From a virus, in the IMG/VR virus record IMGVR_UViG_3300040856_003054, positions 32,001 through 96,000 of that record: DNA of 64,000 nucleotides. The stretch is one strand, 5' to 3'. Positions 38,049 through 46,599 of the stretch are shown here, piece by piece. How positions within the stretch are numbered: the stretch's first letter is position 1; every line of letters begins with the position of its first letter. A program made the position numbers and the translations under genes. The notes under the pieces are model-generated. The model did not search any database. It was not told the origin of the DNA and saw only the letters and a program-made list of their open reading frames with translations.

Positions 38049-38311
38049 AAATCGAATTCAAAGGACACTCACAAACTGACCGAGAAGTAGAACTCTCTCA
38101 ACAAGAATTACATACTCTTTTTGAGATTATGAGAGAAGAGTTCAAAGAACACATCACCTATGCTAGGTTCCGTAATTGTTATTCTCCAACTGCAACTGAA
38201 AAGTCTATCATAGATTTTTGCAATTCTCATAATGTTGACTGTGAATATGATCGTGATAGGGTAGCATTCTTTACTGCCATCCTCAATAACCTCAAGAATC
38301 CTTATCAATGA
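38045..38311 (+). CDS. Hypothetical protein
   Basis: GGAG RBS; ATGA overlap. Confidence 0.65.
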   Translation: MKIEFKGHSQTDREVELSQQELHTLFEIMREEFKEHITYARFRNCYSPTATEKSIIDFCNSHNVDCEYDRDRVAFFTAILNNLKNPYQ

Positions 38312-38484
38312 ACATTACATTTAAGCAGCATATTCTCTTGTTATCAGGGCTTACAGTGTTATATGATAGTGCTGAAAAAGTTGGTAACTCTGAAATGCAA
38401 CACGAAATTCTAGAACTTTCTGAGATTATTCAAGAGTATGCTGAAAGGAGACAAAGAGCAGATGAACGAAGAAAAGAATCCTGA
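38308..38484 (+). CDS. Hypothetical protein (58 aa, not in the ORF track)
   Basis: ATGA overlap; fills the gap between neighbours. Confidence 0.55.
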   Translation: MNITFKQHILLLSGLTVLYDSAEKVGNSEMQHEILELSEIIQEYAERRQRADERRKES

Positions 38485-38644
38485 TGAGATTGTCGTCAAG
38501 GACATTGATATGATTCACTTTGAGATGATGGATGATGGATTTCTCTGGTGCGGAATTTATCATAAGAATGGTCAAGTTGACCACTTTAATATCACATCAA
38601 AGAAGAATAAACTCTCTACTTTATGGATGCCTGATTGTGGGTAA
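38462..38644 (+). CDS. Hypothetical protein
   Basis: NPDEIVV.D....HFEMMD...W.GIY. Confidence 0.65.
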   Translation: MNEEKNPDEIVVKDIDMIHFEMMDDGFLWCGIYHKNGQVDHFNITSKKNKLSTLWMPDCG

Positions 38645-38735
38645 TAAATACTCTTACGATTAAGAAAAGATATAATGTCTCTTGCTCACATCCCTTGGGT
38701 AGTTTATAAATATAAATATAAAAAAATATGATCGT

Positions 38736-40517
38736 ATGGGATTAAACATAGGAATTACCAATGATTACTTATTGAATACCCCTAATGTTGCATCGGCAGT
38801 AGAAAAGTATGTTTTATGGGCAAAAGCAAGGCAGGGAGGTTCTCCTGGTCTTAAACCATCATTAGATTTAGACTTTGCAAGAAATAAGAGTCTTATCGAT
38901 AATGTTACTGGGCAGCAGTTGGTGGATTTCACCCGCGCTAGTAGTGGCACGTATGTCGGCAGCGATGGGCTGATTAAGACGGCGGTGACGAATTTGTTGG
39001 TGCGGAGTGAGGAGTTTGACAGTAATTGGGCAATTTTTGGCCTGAGTGTTACGGCAAATCAAGAGACAGCCCCAAGTGGGCTGCTAGCTGCTGATCTTAT
39101 TTCTATTGCTGGTTCCGGCCAAGGAATTTGGCAATTTATCACATGCACCCCTGGATTACAGTACACAGCGTCTGTTTATGTAAAACTCGGTACGCTTTCG
39201 GCTGCAGACTATAAAATCGCCGTGCGTGACGATACTGCCGGAGTGTTTATAGCAGCAGACATAACACCCACTCAAACACCGTCATCGACCGGCTGGACGC
39301 GAATTTCTTATACAGTGACAGCCCCTGCTGGGTGTACGACGCTTCGCTTTTACCCTTTCCGAAATACGACCAATGTTACGGGAACAATCTACCTCTGGGG
39401 CGCCCAACTAGAGCAGTCGTCTACTGTGGGTGAATACGTCCCCACCACCAGCACGATTAACAGTGCTCCACGGTTTGATCACGATCCCACCACGGGCGAG
39501 AGCTTGGGGCTGTTGGTGGAGGAAAGTAGGACGAATTTGTTGCTGCGGAGTGAGGAGTTTGATGATGCTTACTGGACAAAAACTCTTGTCACAATTGCCG
39601 CAAACGATGACACCGCTCCAAACGGGCAGATTTCCGCAGAAAAGATTACGCCGACCGTAGACAATGGTGGACACTTAGTACGCAGAGATGTTTCTGGCTT
39701 AACAGCAAATGCGGTTTACACGCTGTCTTTCTACGCAAAATCAGCGGGCTACTCAAGAGCCGGGCTGATTATAGGCACGACGGATCTTTCAACTCGGGCC
39801 ACGGCTGAGTTCAATCTTAATGCCGCGTCAGTAACTGCTCAATCAGGCCAATTAGCGACTTCGGTGGAAAGCGTTGGAGGCGGTTGGGTAAAGATTTCGC
39901 TGTCTGCTCAGAACATAAATACTACTACCTACAGATGCGAAATTAGGGTTTTGGGCTTAGGTGGCGTGACTGACTCTTATACCGGAGACGGCACATCTGG
40001 CATCTACCTCTGGGGCGCCCAACTAGAAGCCGGCGCCTTCCCCACCAGCTACATCCCCACCGAAGATGCCACGGTGACCCGCAGTGCTGACGTGGCCAGC
40101 GACACCACCAGAGGCGGCAACATCCGCAGCCTGTTCACGCAGTTCCGCAGCCCTGCATCAGGCACCAGGCCGGTGGTTTCGTTGGACGACAACACCGCCA
40201 ACGAGCGCATCGAGATCCTGACCAGCGGCACTGATCCGAAGCTGCTGGTAACGGCCGGCGGCAGCGCTGTGGCTGATCTGGATGCAGGCACCGTTGTGGC
40301 CAATGTGGCTGCCCGTGCTGCGGCTCGCTTCAACACCGACAACTACGCCATCAGTATCAACGGCGGCACGTCGCAGCTCGATACCTCCGGCACGCTGCCC
40401 ACCGTGAACCGCATCAGGATCGGCAGCAATCAAGCTGACAACTACCTGAACGGCACCATCGCACGGATCACCGGCTGGGACGTGGTGCTGCCCAACCTGC
40501 CACCGATTACCCAGTAG
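38736..40517 (+). CDS. Putative receptor-binding/spike protein with tandem carbohydrate-binding-like domains and a ConA/LamG-like C-terminus
   Basis: PSLDLDFA, FTRASSGTY, PRFDHDP.TGESLGLLVEE.RTN, IYLWGAQLE twice, TSYIPT...VTRSAD; TATAAATA at 38705; mostly GC-rich. Confidence 0.8.
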   Translation: MGLNIGITNDYLLNTPNVASAVEKYVLWAKARQGGSPGLKPSLDLDFARNKSLIDNVTGQQLVDFTRASSGTYVGSDGLIKTAVTNLLVRSEEFDSNWAIFGLSVTANQETAPSGLLAADLISIAGSGQGIWQFITCTPGLQYTASVYVKLGTLSAADYKIAVRDDTAGVFIAADITPTQTPSSTGWTRISYTVTAPAGCTTLRFYPFRNTTNVTGTIYLWGAQLEQSSTVGEYVPTTSTINSAPRFDHDPTTGESLGLLVEESRTNLLLRSEEFDDAYWTKTLVTIAANDDTAPNGQISAEKITPTVDNGGHLVRRDVSGLTANAVYTLSFYAKSAGYSRAGLIIGTTDLSTRATAEFNLNAASVTAQSGQLATSVESVGGGWVKISLSAQNINTTTYRCEIRVLGLGGVTDSYTGDGTSGIYLWGAQLEAGAFPTSYIPTEDATVTRSADVASDTTRGGNIRSLFTQFRSPASGTRPVVSLDDNTANERIEILTSGTDPKLLVTAGGSAVADLDAGTVVANVAARAAARFNTDNYAISINGGTSQLDTSGTLPTVNRIRIGSNQADNYLNGTIARITGWDVVLPNLPPITQ

Positions 40518-40532
40518 TCGGCAACACTAATC

Positions 40533-40682
40533 ATGACTGAAGAACTCCTACCCATCGTTGCTGCAGAAATCGGGAATGGCATTGCTTGTGACCGACCAGA
40601 CAAAGAAACTGCCAGACGAGTTTTAGCCCATGTAGAAACGTGGCTGGCTGCTCAAACCACTACCCCTACCTCTCATGACTGA
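40533..40682 (+). CDS. Small protein in the GC-rich island (49 aa, not in the ORF track)
   Basis: MTEELLPIVAAEIG...; starts with the same ATGACTGAAGAACT as the next gene. Confidence 0.5.
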   Translation: MTEELLPIVAAEIGNGIACDRPDKETARRVLAHVETWLAAQTTTPTSHD

Positions 40683-40983
40683 AGAACTGCTCACACCCCC
40701 CACCCCCACGATGTTCCGCTTCCCAAATGCTGCTGTTGGCATGGCTGCGCTTGATGATGCTGGGCTACTTGATGACGACTTGAATCCCATCACCGCTAGT
40801 CATAACCACGCCCTAGATGTAATCGGCACCATCTCCCGTGGTGGTGAATGGGACGATGAAGGTAATGTCATCACTTCGCCTGAGGTGCTGGAGGGCTTTC
40901 ATTTGAACTACCAAGGACCGCTGCCGGATGGGTGGGACGCTTATGCGGTGTGGCCGGAGCAGCCGGTGAGGGCGTGGGCGTGA
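40675..40983 (+). CDS. Fibre-associated small protein (GC-rich island)
   Basis: ASH.HALDVIG.I...G.WD.EG.VI..P....GFH.N...P..P.R.WA. Confidence 0.7.
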   Translation: MTEELLTPPTPTMFRFPNAAVGMAALDDAGLLDDDLNPITASHNHALDVIGTISRGGEWDDEGNVITSPEVLEGFHLNYQGPLPDGWDAYAVWPEQPVRAWA

Positions 40984-41029
40984 AACTGTCACACACAATA
41001 CACCATAAACCACAAAGACCTGCTATAAT
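40984..41029 (+). promoter_or_regulatory. Early promoter retaining only the right half of the palindrome
   Basis: AACTGTCAC directly after the island; TATAAT at 41024 with 31-nt spacing. Confidence 0.6.
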
Positions 41030-41035
41030 ATCATT

Positions 41036-41272
41036 ATGAAATACCTGAACTCTAAATGGGAAATGATTGTGTGGGGATTTGAACTATTCCAGAATGCAAT
41101 CTATTTTCGGTTGACATTAGAGGATAACATTGATAGATTATCCTTCTTTGAAGAACTCTCTGCTGGGTATATTGAAATGACTGATGAGTATCTAATGTCT
41201 CAACCCGACTTTGACCCATATAATCTATCGGGTAGAGATTCTTATTATTCTTATGTGATGAGTCAAAAGTGA
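41036..41272 (+). CDS. Hypothetical protein
   Basis: ORF after the promoter. Confidence 0.6.
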   Translation: MKYLNSKWEMIVWGFELFQNAIYFRLTLEDNIDRLSFFEELSAGYIEMTDEYLMSQPDFDPYNLSGRDSYYSYVMSQK

Positions 41273-41493
41273 TGGACTTTCCAGTGTTCTTAAATAAATG
41301 GATAATCTCCAATAAGTTTCTTAAGTATACTCCATTCTGGTGGTGGTACAGGTTAATATCTCATCAAGGTTTTCGCTTTGATGATTATTATGTGTGGAAG
41401 GAGTTTTGGATGTCCTTAAATCAAGGATATATGGATATGAACTATAAATGGGAGTTTGAACAATATTGGAGTGTAAAACCTAAACATAAATAA
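41269..41493 (+). CDS. Trp-rich hypothetical protein
   Basis: GTGA overlap. Confidence 0.6.
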   Translation: MMDFPVFLNKWIISNKFLKYTPFWWWYRLISHQGFRFDDYYVWKEFWMSLNQGYMDMNYKWEFEQYWSVKPKHK

Positions 41494-41497
41494 TGAT

Positions 41498-41555
41498 GTC
41501 TGTTTGGACGGCAATCTCTACAGACAAAGATTAGGTGCTTTCGGGCACCTTTTCT
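41498..41555 (+). ncRNA. Putative endonuclease-associated antisense sRNA, copy 6
   Basis: TAAATA at 41487; stem TGTCTGT/ACAGACA; TCTGTTTGGACGGCA complementary to leader TGCCGTCCAAATAGA; terminator AGGTGC-TTTCGG-GCACCT-TTT; TATAAATA at 41558. Confidence 0.7.
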
Positions 41556-41590
41556 ATTATAAATAATAATGCCGTCCAAATAGAATAAAG

Positions 41591-42226
41591 ATGAACTATC
41601 TAAAGATTTATTGTAATCTTATCAGGAAAGCAGAGAATAGAACTCCACCTGAAGGTTATACGGAAAAACACCACATATTTCCTAAAAGTATTTTTGGAGA
41701 TAATGATAGAGTTGTAATATTAAGTGGAAGAGAGCATTATATTGCTCACGCATTATTAGAAAAAGCATTTATAAAAAGGTATGGTGGAAATCACAAAAAA
41801 ACTAAAAAGATGTCTTTTGCTTTTTGGTGTATGAATAACCAAAAATCAAAAAATACTTATTTAAATTCTTATTTTTATGAAAGTTCCCGAATGAGAGTTA
41901 GTGGGGAAAATAATATAGCAAAAGACCCAATTATTCGTAAAAAAATAAGTGAGAAAAAACGAGGAAAAAATCATCATCAATATGGAAAACCACATTCCCA
42001 GGAAACTAAAAATAAGATAAGTAAAAAGAGGAGTGGAAAAAATAATCATATGTCTAAACATTGGAAAATTACATTTTCCAATGGAAATGAAATTGTATTG
42101 TGTGGATTATATAAATGGTCCAGGGAAAATGGATATTGTGCTACTCATATTATTGGAGTTTGTCGTGGAAAAAGAAACTATCATAAAGATATTGTGTCAG
42201 TTGAAGAACTGGCACAAATTTCTTGA
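41591..42226 (+). CDS. Free-standing HNH (Mob-like) homing endonuclease with NUMOD3
   Basis: YTEKHHIFPKS..G.N..VV.L..REHYIAHALL. Confidence 0.85.
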   Translation: MNYLKIYCNLIRKAENRTPPEGYTEKHHIFPKSIFGDNDRVVILSGREHYIAHALLEKAFIKRYGGNHKKTKKMSFAFWCMNNQKSKNTYLNSYFYESSRMRVSGENNIAKDPIIRKKISEKKRGKNHHQYGKPHSQETKNKISKKRSGKNNHMSKHWKITFSNGNEIVLCGLYKWSRENGYCATHIIGVCRGKRNYHKDIVSVEELAQIS

Positions 42227-42252
42227 ATAAAACACTTAAAATATGTTATTAT
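42194..42252 (+). promoter_or_regulatory. Palindrome-type early promoter overlapping the endonuclease 3' end
   Basis: GTGTCAGTT-GAAG-AACTGGCAC, TATTAT at 42247. Confidence 0.65.
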
Positions 42253-42275
42253 GAAGAACACTAAAAAAGAAAAAA

Positions 42276-42506
42276 ATGAAAAATTTTCTGCTCACATTAT
42301 GGTATTTTCCATCACATTTATGGTATAATTATAAATCTTGGAGATATGAGCAAAAATGTATAAAATACTTTGGAGCGAAACCTGAAAAGATTCTTCTACC
42401 AAAAGAACAATTCGATGCTCTTGTAGAACGATTAAATCAACCATCAGACCCTAAAGTAGTTGAAAGATTAAAAGAGATTATGTCTAAAAAGGCTCCGTGG
42501 GAATAA
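42276..42506 (+). CDS. Hypothetical protein
   Basis: C-terminal L....FDAL...L..P......L...M..KAPWE. Confidence 0.65.
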   Translation: MKNFLLTLWYFPSHLWYNYKSWRYEQKCIKYFGAKPEKILLPKEQFDALVERLNQPSDPKVVERLKEIMSKKAPWE

Positions 42507-42663
42507 TGAAAGAATACTTTGAAAAACTAAAAAAGAGAGCAGGAGTTATTATTCTGTTCGGCCAAATGTGTATTATCATCTATCAACTTGGCACATTAGA
42601 ATCAAAGAAGGTTACTATCTGTCAACCTGATACTTACCAGCAACGGATTATTTGTGTAGAGCA

Positions 42664-42837
42664 GTGAACGATAAATCTAAAATCTTCTACAATGTCTGGT
42701 GCAATGCGTACCAAAGACGAACCATATATAAAGGAACCGACAGAGAACACAGAGAGCACGAAACTGTGCGAATGTGTCTTGATATGAAAGATGTAAAGTT
42801 CTACCAATTTGATAGTGAGAGACCCAGATATGTTTAG
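42664..42837 (+). CDS. Conserved hypothetical protein
   Basis: FYNVWCNAYQRR...CLDMKD; GTG start assumed. Confidence 0.55.
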   Translation: MNDKSKIFYNVWCNAYQRRTIYKGTDREHREHETVRMCLDMKDVKFYQFDSERPRYV

Positions 42838-43216
42838 TAAGCCTCTTCTTGGAACCAATACAAAGAAAACTAAACTTTCTTGGATTGAGTATATCTGGAA
42901 CTCGTGTATTATTCAGGGGTGGTATAATTGCTGGTATTCCTTTAAGAACTGGGCCGATTTGATGGGCGATAATTACCAAGAATACGCTTTATTAGTATCT
43001 GATGACCCATTGGAGCAATGTATCTTATATTTCTGGGATAGTTTGGAAGATGAGATTTATCCAAAACACTTTTTGGATAGTTTACTTCAAATGGTAGACG
43101 ATATTGAAACTGGCAAAGAAAAAGTATATCCACTTGATGAAGATTTCTTTGATAGAATGAAAGAACTTACTGATGGTATTGCTGTAAACCTTAACGAAAA
43201 GTTGGAGGAAGAGTGA
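42830..43216 (+). CDS. Conserved cyanophage hypothetical protein
   Basis: WADLM..NY..YALL..DDP..QC..YFW. Confidence 0.7.
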   Translation: MFSKPLLGTNTKKTKLSWIEYIWNSCIIQGWYNCWYSFKNWADLMGDNYQEYALLVSDDPLEQCILYFWDSLEDEIYPKHFLDSLLQMVDDIETGKEKVYPLDEDFFDRMKELTDGIAVNLNEKLEEE

Positions 43217-43217
43217 A

Positions 43218-43604
43218 GTGGGACTTTATGATGAGATTCGTTCTTCTTATGATTTGGGAGAACAATTCACAAATGTAGAAATGCAAACCAAAGGTCTTGC
43301 GTGTGCAATGACTCGTTATTGGATTTCTCCTGATGGTTATTTGTATGAATTGACTTATAGAGAAACTCACGACTTTGCAGAAATTGGTGAAGATGATGAA
43401 AGGTACGATCCTAAAAAGTTATTTTTGAATTTTGAGTGGATTCCAACAGGAAAGAATGGTAAAGTTGAACCGTGTTATGTGACTGATTATGTTGAGGTTT
43501 ATCCTGCAACTTGGAATCAATCTTGGGAATCTTGGCCCCGACTAAAATTACACTTCAAACTGGGAAAACTACAAGATTATGAAAACATCACAGGACAACG
43601 TTGA
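43218..43604 (+). CDS. Conserved phage protein
   Basis: GLYD.IRSSYDL...QTK.L.C.M..YWI.P.G.L; GGAGG RBS. Confidence 0.75.
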   Translation: MGLYDEIRSSYDLGEQFTNVEMQTKGLACAMTRYWISPDGYLYELTYRETHDFAEIGEDDERYDPKKLFLNFEWIPTGKNGKVEPCYVTDYVEVYPATWNQSWESWPRLKLHFKLGKLQDYENITGQR

Positions 43605-43905
43605 ACTATTCCCTTATGAGTCGTTCGGTGTAAGATTAGAACACATAAACGAAAAAAGAATCTGTTGGTTCAAGGACGATTATGAGTTGCAAAAATACCT
43701 AGAAAGGTATAAACTGGATAAGAGAACTATTAAACTTGATTATCGTGATGGAGAACCCACTAAACCCAGTCAAAAACGTAAGAGAAGTGTGGAGCAAAAA
43801 CCTGAACCAAAGAGTAAAGGAAGTTCAGGTACAAGTAAAGGACGAACCACCCGCATGGATCCCACTCGCAACACTACTGGCACTACAAAACGCAAGAAAA
43901 AATGA
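43579..43905 (+). CDS. Hypothetical protein with basic C-terminal tail
   Basis: FP...F..RLE......CWF.....L.KYL.RYKL. Confidence 0.7.
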   Translation: MKTSQDNVELFPYESFGVRLEHINEKRICWFKDDYELQKYLERYKLDKRTIKLDYRDGEPTKPSQKRKRSVEQKPEPKSKGSSGTSKGRTTRMDPTRNTTGTTKRKKK

Positions 43906-44043
43906 CGGAGCAAACTAAACTCATTCTTGCTCTAATGCAGATTGATAATCTTACAAATCTTTTGGAAGGTAATCAATATCAAAAATTTTTATACAGCAAA
44001 TTAATTTCTACGCGAATTGAACTACAGAGGCAATTGAGTCATT

Positions 44044-44259
44044 ATGGAAAGACAGTGGTATGATGATAAAGCATTTTATGTGGAGGGAAAGAAGTATGGA
44101 TTATGGGATTCATATGATAAAGATGGCAAATGTATTATTACCTCACTAACCGAAGAAGAGTGTGTTAAAGCTACGCGATTTATGTTGAAACTCAAACAAG
44201 AGAATAAACTAAATGAAGTAGGGAACACCTATTCTGGCACCGTAGATGGAAAACTTTAG
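44044..44259 (+). CDS. Conserved cyanophage hypothetical protein
   Basis: DD.FYV....GLW.S..KDG...ITSL...Y.G.VDGKL. Confidence 0.7.
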   Translation: MERQWYDDKAFYVEGKKYGLWDSYDKDGKCIITSLTEEECVKATRFMLKLKQENKLNEVGNTYSGTVDGKL

Positions 44260-44455
44260 AGCAGGAAACAATGTAAAATTCATTGGTTGTTCAAAGGAAC
44301 AGATTGCTTGGGGTAATAATGATGACCCCACAGGTATTTTGATTGTGGGTGACAAGTATTATGTGGAAAAGGTAGAAGTTCACTCACAACACACAAAGTT
44401 GACATTGCGAGGAATATGCGGTAGATTCAATAGTGTATGTTTTGAAAAAGTATGA
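44246..44455 (+). CDS. Conserved phage protein
   Basis: Q..WG.NDDP...HSQHTK.......FNSVCFE. Confidence 0.7.
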   Translation: MENFRAGNNVKFIGCSKEQIAWGNNDDPTGILIVGDKYYVEKVEVHSQHTKLTLRGICGRFNSVCFEKV

Positions 44456-44864
44456 CAGTAAGAACTTTCGTTGATAAGAATGGAAATGAGTGGAGTTGGG
44501 AAGAAACTCCAGAAGTCCTTGAAGCACTGAAGAATCTCCATGAAATTAAGAATGACACAAAAACAACAGATGTGGGCTAATATCTTCCAGTGTGCTATTC
44601 AAAGGTCTGATATTTACTTCAAAGAAAAAGATCTAGATCGACACGCAAGAGAACACACAACAGTCACATTAGCACTTCAAAAAGGTGAACAATTTTGGAA
44701 AGAACTACTGTAGAATATCCATACCACGTTCTTGATGAAACAACTCCTTGGAATTCGTGGTTGGAATATTCTGAAATATGTCATCAACTTAATGTTCCTG
44801 GACAACCATCTCTGGGACGTTTTATGTCATTTAGACGTTATTTGAAATCTGCTGGACTATTATA

Positions 44865-45089
44865 ATGATTAAAAGATTTGTCAAATGGTTTATCACACCA
44901 TCAAAAAAACCTATCGTTGAAGATATTGATTTGTATGCTAAAATTGTAGAACTGGAGAATCGTATTGCTAATCTAGAAGAAGAAAACATTGAGACAAATA
45001 ATGTGCTCTATGAACTTGGAAACTCTATTGATGCTGTTGATGTCCGTATAGATATTCTATCACTTGAGACATTTACTAAAAATGTATGA
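44865..45089 (+). CDS. Hypothetical coiled-coil protein
   Basis: RI..LEEEN.E..N.LYEL.N. Confidence 0.65.
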   Translation: MIKRFVKWFITPSKKPIVEDIDLYAKIVELENRIANLEEENIETNNVLYELGNSIDAVDVRIDILSLETFTKNV

Positions 45090-45291
45090 AAATCTATCAC
45101 AGTATGAACGAGCACTCGCAAGGTTTGGTGATAAAGTGGGCCTCATTGCAGGACTTGAAATCGCGGATAAGATCTCACCAGAAGATGCTTATCAACAAAT
45201 CAAGGAACTTTACAAAGAACTTAAGAAACTCCGTAAGAAAGAAAGAAGAATCTGGGGAAATACTGGAATCGGGACTACGAAAGTGCGCTAA
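45082..45291 (+). CDS. Conserved hypothetical protein
   Basis: ERALARFG.KV..I..LE...KIS.EDAYQ.IK. Confidence 0.65.
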   Translation: MYENLSQYERALARFGDKVGLIAGLEIADKISPEDAYQQIKELYKELKKLRKKERRIWGNTGIGTTKVR

Positions 45292-45408
45292 CTGTGGAGA
45301 GGTAAAACCACTTGACATCGAGCACTTTCAGGTGGTAAAATATTTTCATCAGGGATTTTCATTCTACTGCAACGAGTGTAACAAACCCAAACCAAGAGAT
45401 GATTGATT

Positions 45409-46071
45409 ATGACAGACTTTGACTACAAAAAGTATTCACTTGAGAATCTTGAGAAGTGGATGAGTGATGCTTTGATTTCGGCAGAAGCAACACCAAAAGA
45501 AATCTATGATATTATTCACAAAGTCGTAGAAGAAGAGTATTATTATTTCAAACATCAAACTGGTCGTTGTTATGAACTTCTAGCACTTCTGAAAGGTAAT
45601 GGTAAAGAACATCTAACTTGTGATAAAGATGATAAGTCTCCCGAGTGTCAAAATGCCTGGAACGATTTCTGGGAAGAGTATTATTATCCTGAAGAGCATC
45701 AGAAACACACTGAAGAAGTAAAAGATAACGGTATGCGTCCTTGGGGGCATAGTGATTTGGAATACATGATTGCCAATCCAACTTTGACCGAAGATCGTGT
45801 TAGTAACTTTCCTGGAGAGCAATACACTGAAGAAGAACTGAATGCGATGTGTGATTCTGCTAAAAAGGAAGATAAAGTAGTAAAGTGGCAACTACCTGTT
45901 CAAGTTGATGGATTGAGTGGTGAGTGTTTTGTGGAGTTCCCTGATGATTTGTTAGAAGCAGCAAATCTTAAAGAAAACGACCTTGTGAGCTGGATTGACC
46001 GTGGCGACGGTAGTTTTGAATTAAGAAAAGTAACTAAACCTATTGGAATGGAGGAAAGTAAATGTCACTAA
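45409..46071 (+). CDS. Hypothetical protein with C-terminal AbrB/SpoVT-like domain
   Basis: C-terminal FVEFPDDLLEAANLKENDLVSWIDRGDGSFELRK. Confidence 0.7.
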   Translation: MTDFDYKKYSLENLEKWMSDALISAEATPKEIYDIIHKVVEEEYYYFKHQTGRCYELLALLKGNGKEHLTCDKDDKSPECQNAWNDFWEEYYYPEEHQKHTEEVKDNGMRPWGHSDLEYMIANPTLTEDRVSNFPGEQYTEEELNAMCDSAKKEDKVVKWQLPVQVDGLSGECFVEFPDDLLEAANLKENDLVSWIDRGDGSFELRKVTKPIGMEESKCH

Positions 46072-46286
46072 GTAAACAAACACTAGATCATTTATTAGAA
46101 GCAGAGAGTCATCTTCGTGCTGCTATTAAATCCGCTGCTACAAATGAAAAACCTTTAGTAGTTAAACAACTATCACAACTTCTTCTTGATATCGAACAGT
46201 GTAAAAAGTTTGAAGATTTGATGGATATTCTTGAGAATCGTAAACCTGGAAGTAGTGGTTCTTTTGGTTCATTCTTTAATGATTAA
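46062..46286 (+). CDS. Conserved cyanophage hypothetical protein
   Basis: LS.Q....L.EAE..LR.A...AA..EKP.V. Confidence 0.7.
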   Translation: MSLSKQTLDHLLEAESHLRAAIKSAATNEKPLVVKQLSQLLLDIEQCKKFEDLMDILENRKPGSSGSFGSFFND

Positions 46287-46378
46287 AAAGTATTATCACA
46301 CTCTTAAGAGAATATTAAGAAACATCACATCTTGCTTAAATAGTGTTAGGATTTGCTGATAAACGCGGGAGCAAAGGT

Positions 46379-46543
46379 ATGACTCTTCCATCAAAGGGAC
46401 AAAGGAATCTTACTGACGATGAGTGGCAAGAAATGGATGCTCTTAGAAAAGTCATCAGTCAAAGACCACAAGCACTTGTGCCAGAGAAGATGGAAAAGTT
46501 TTCTGAATATATGGTGCGAAGTTTAAGGGAGATGGGAAATTGA
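46379..46543 (+). CDS. Hypothetical protein
   Basis: E..EM.ALR..I...P....P.KME.F. Confidence 0.6.
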   Translation: MTLPSKGQRNLTDDEWQEMDALRKVISQRPQALVPEKMEKFSEYMVRSLREMGN

Positions 46544-46546
46544 TAG

Positions 46547-46574
46547 AGAGGGTCAGCAATGACCCTCTTTTTTT
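46547..46574 (+). terminator. Intrinsic terminator
   Basis: AGAGGGTCA-GCAA-TGACCCTCT plus T-tract. Confidence 0.9.
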
Positions 46575-46599
46575 CTAAATACTTGAAAAGGATAATAAA

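Noticed and set aside
38988-40027. Diversity-generating retroelement template/variable repeats
   Set aside because: The repeats are short, the differences are not adenine-specific, and there is no reverse transcriptase in the window.
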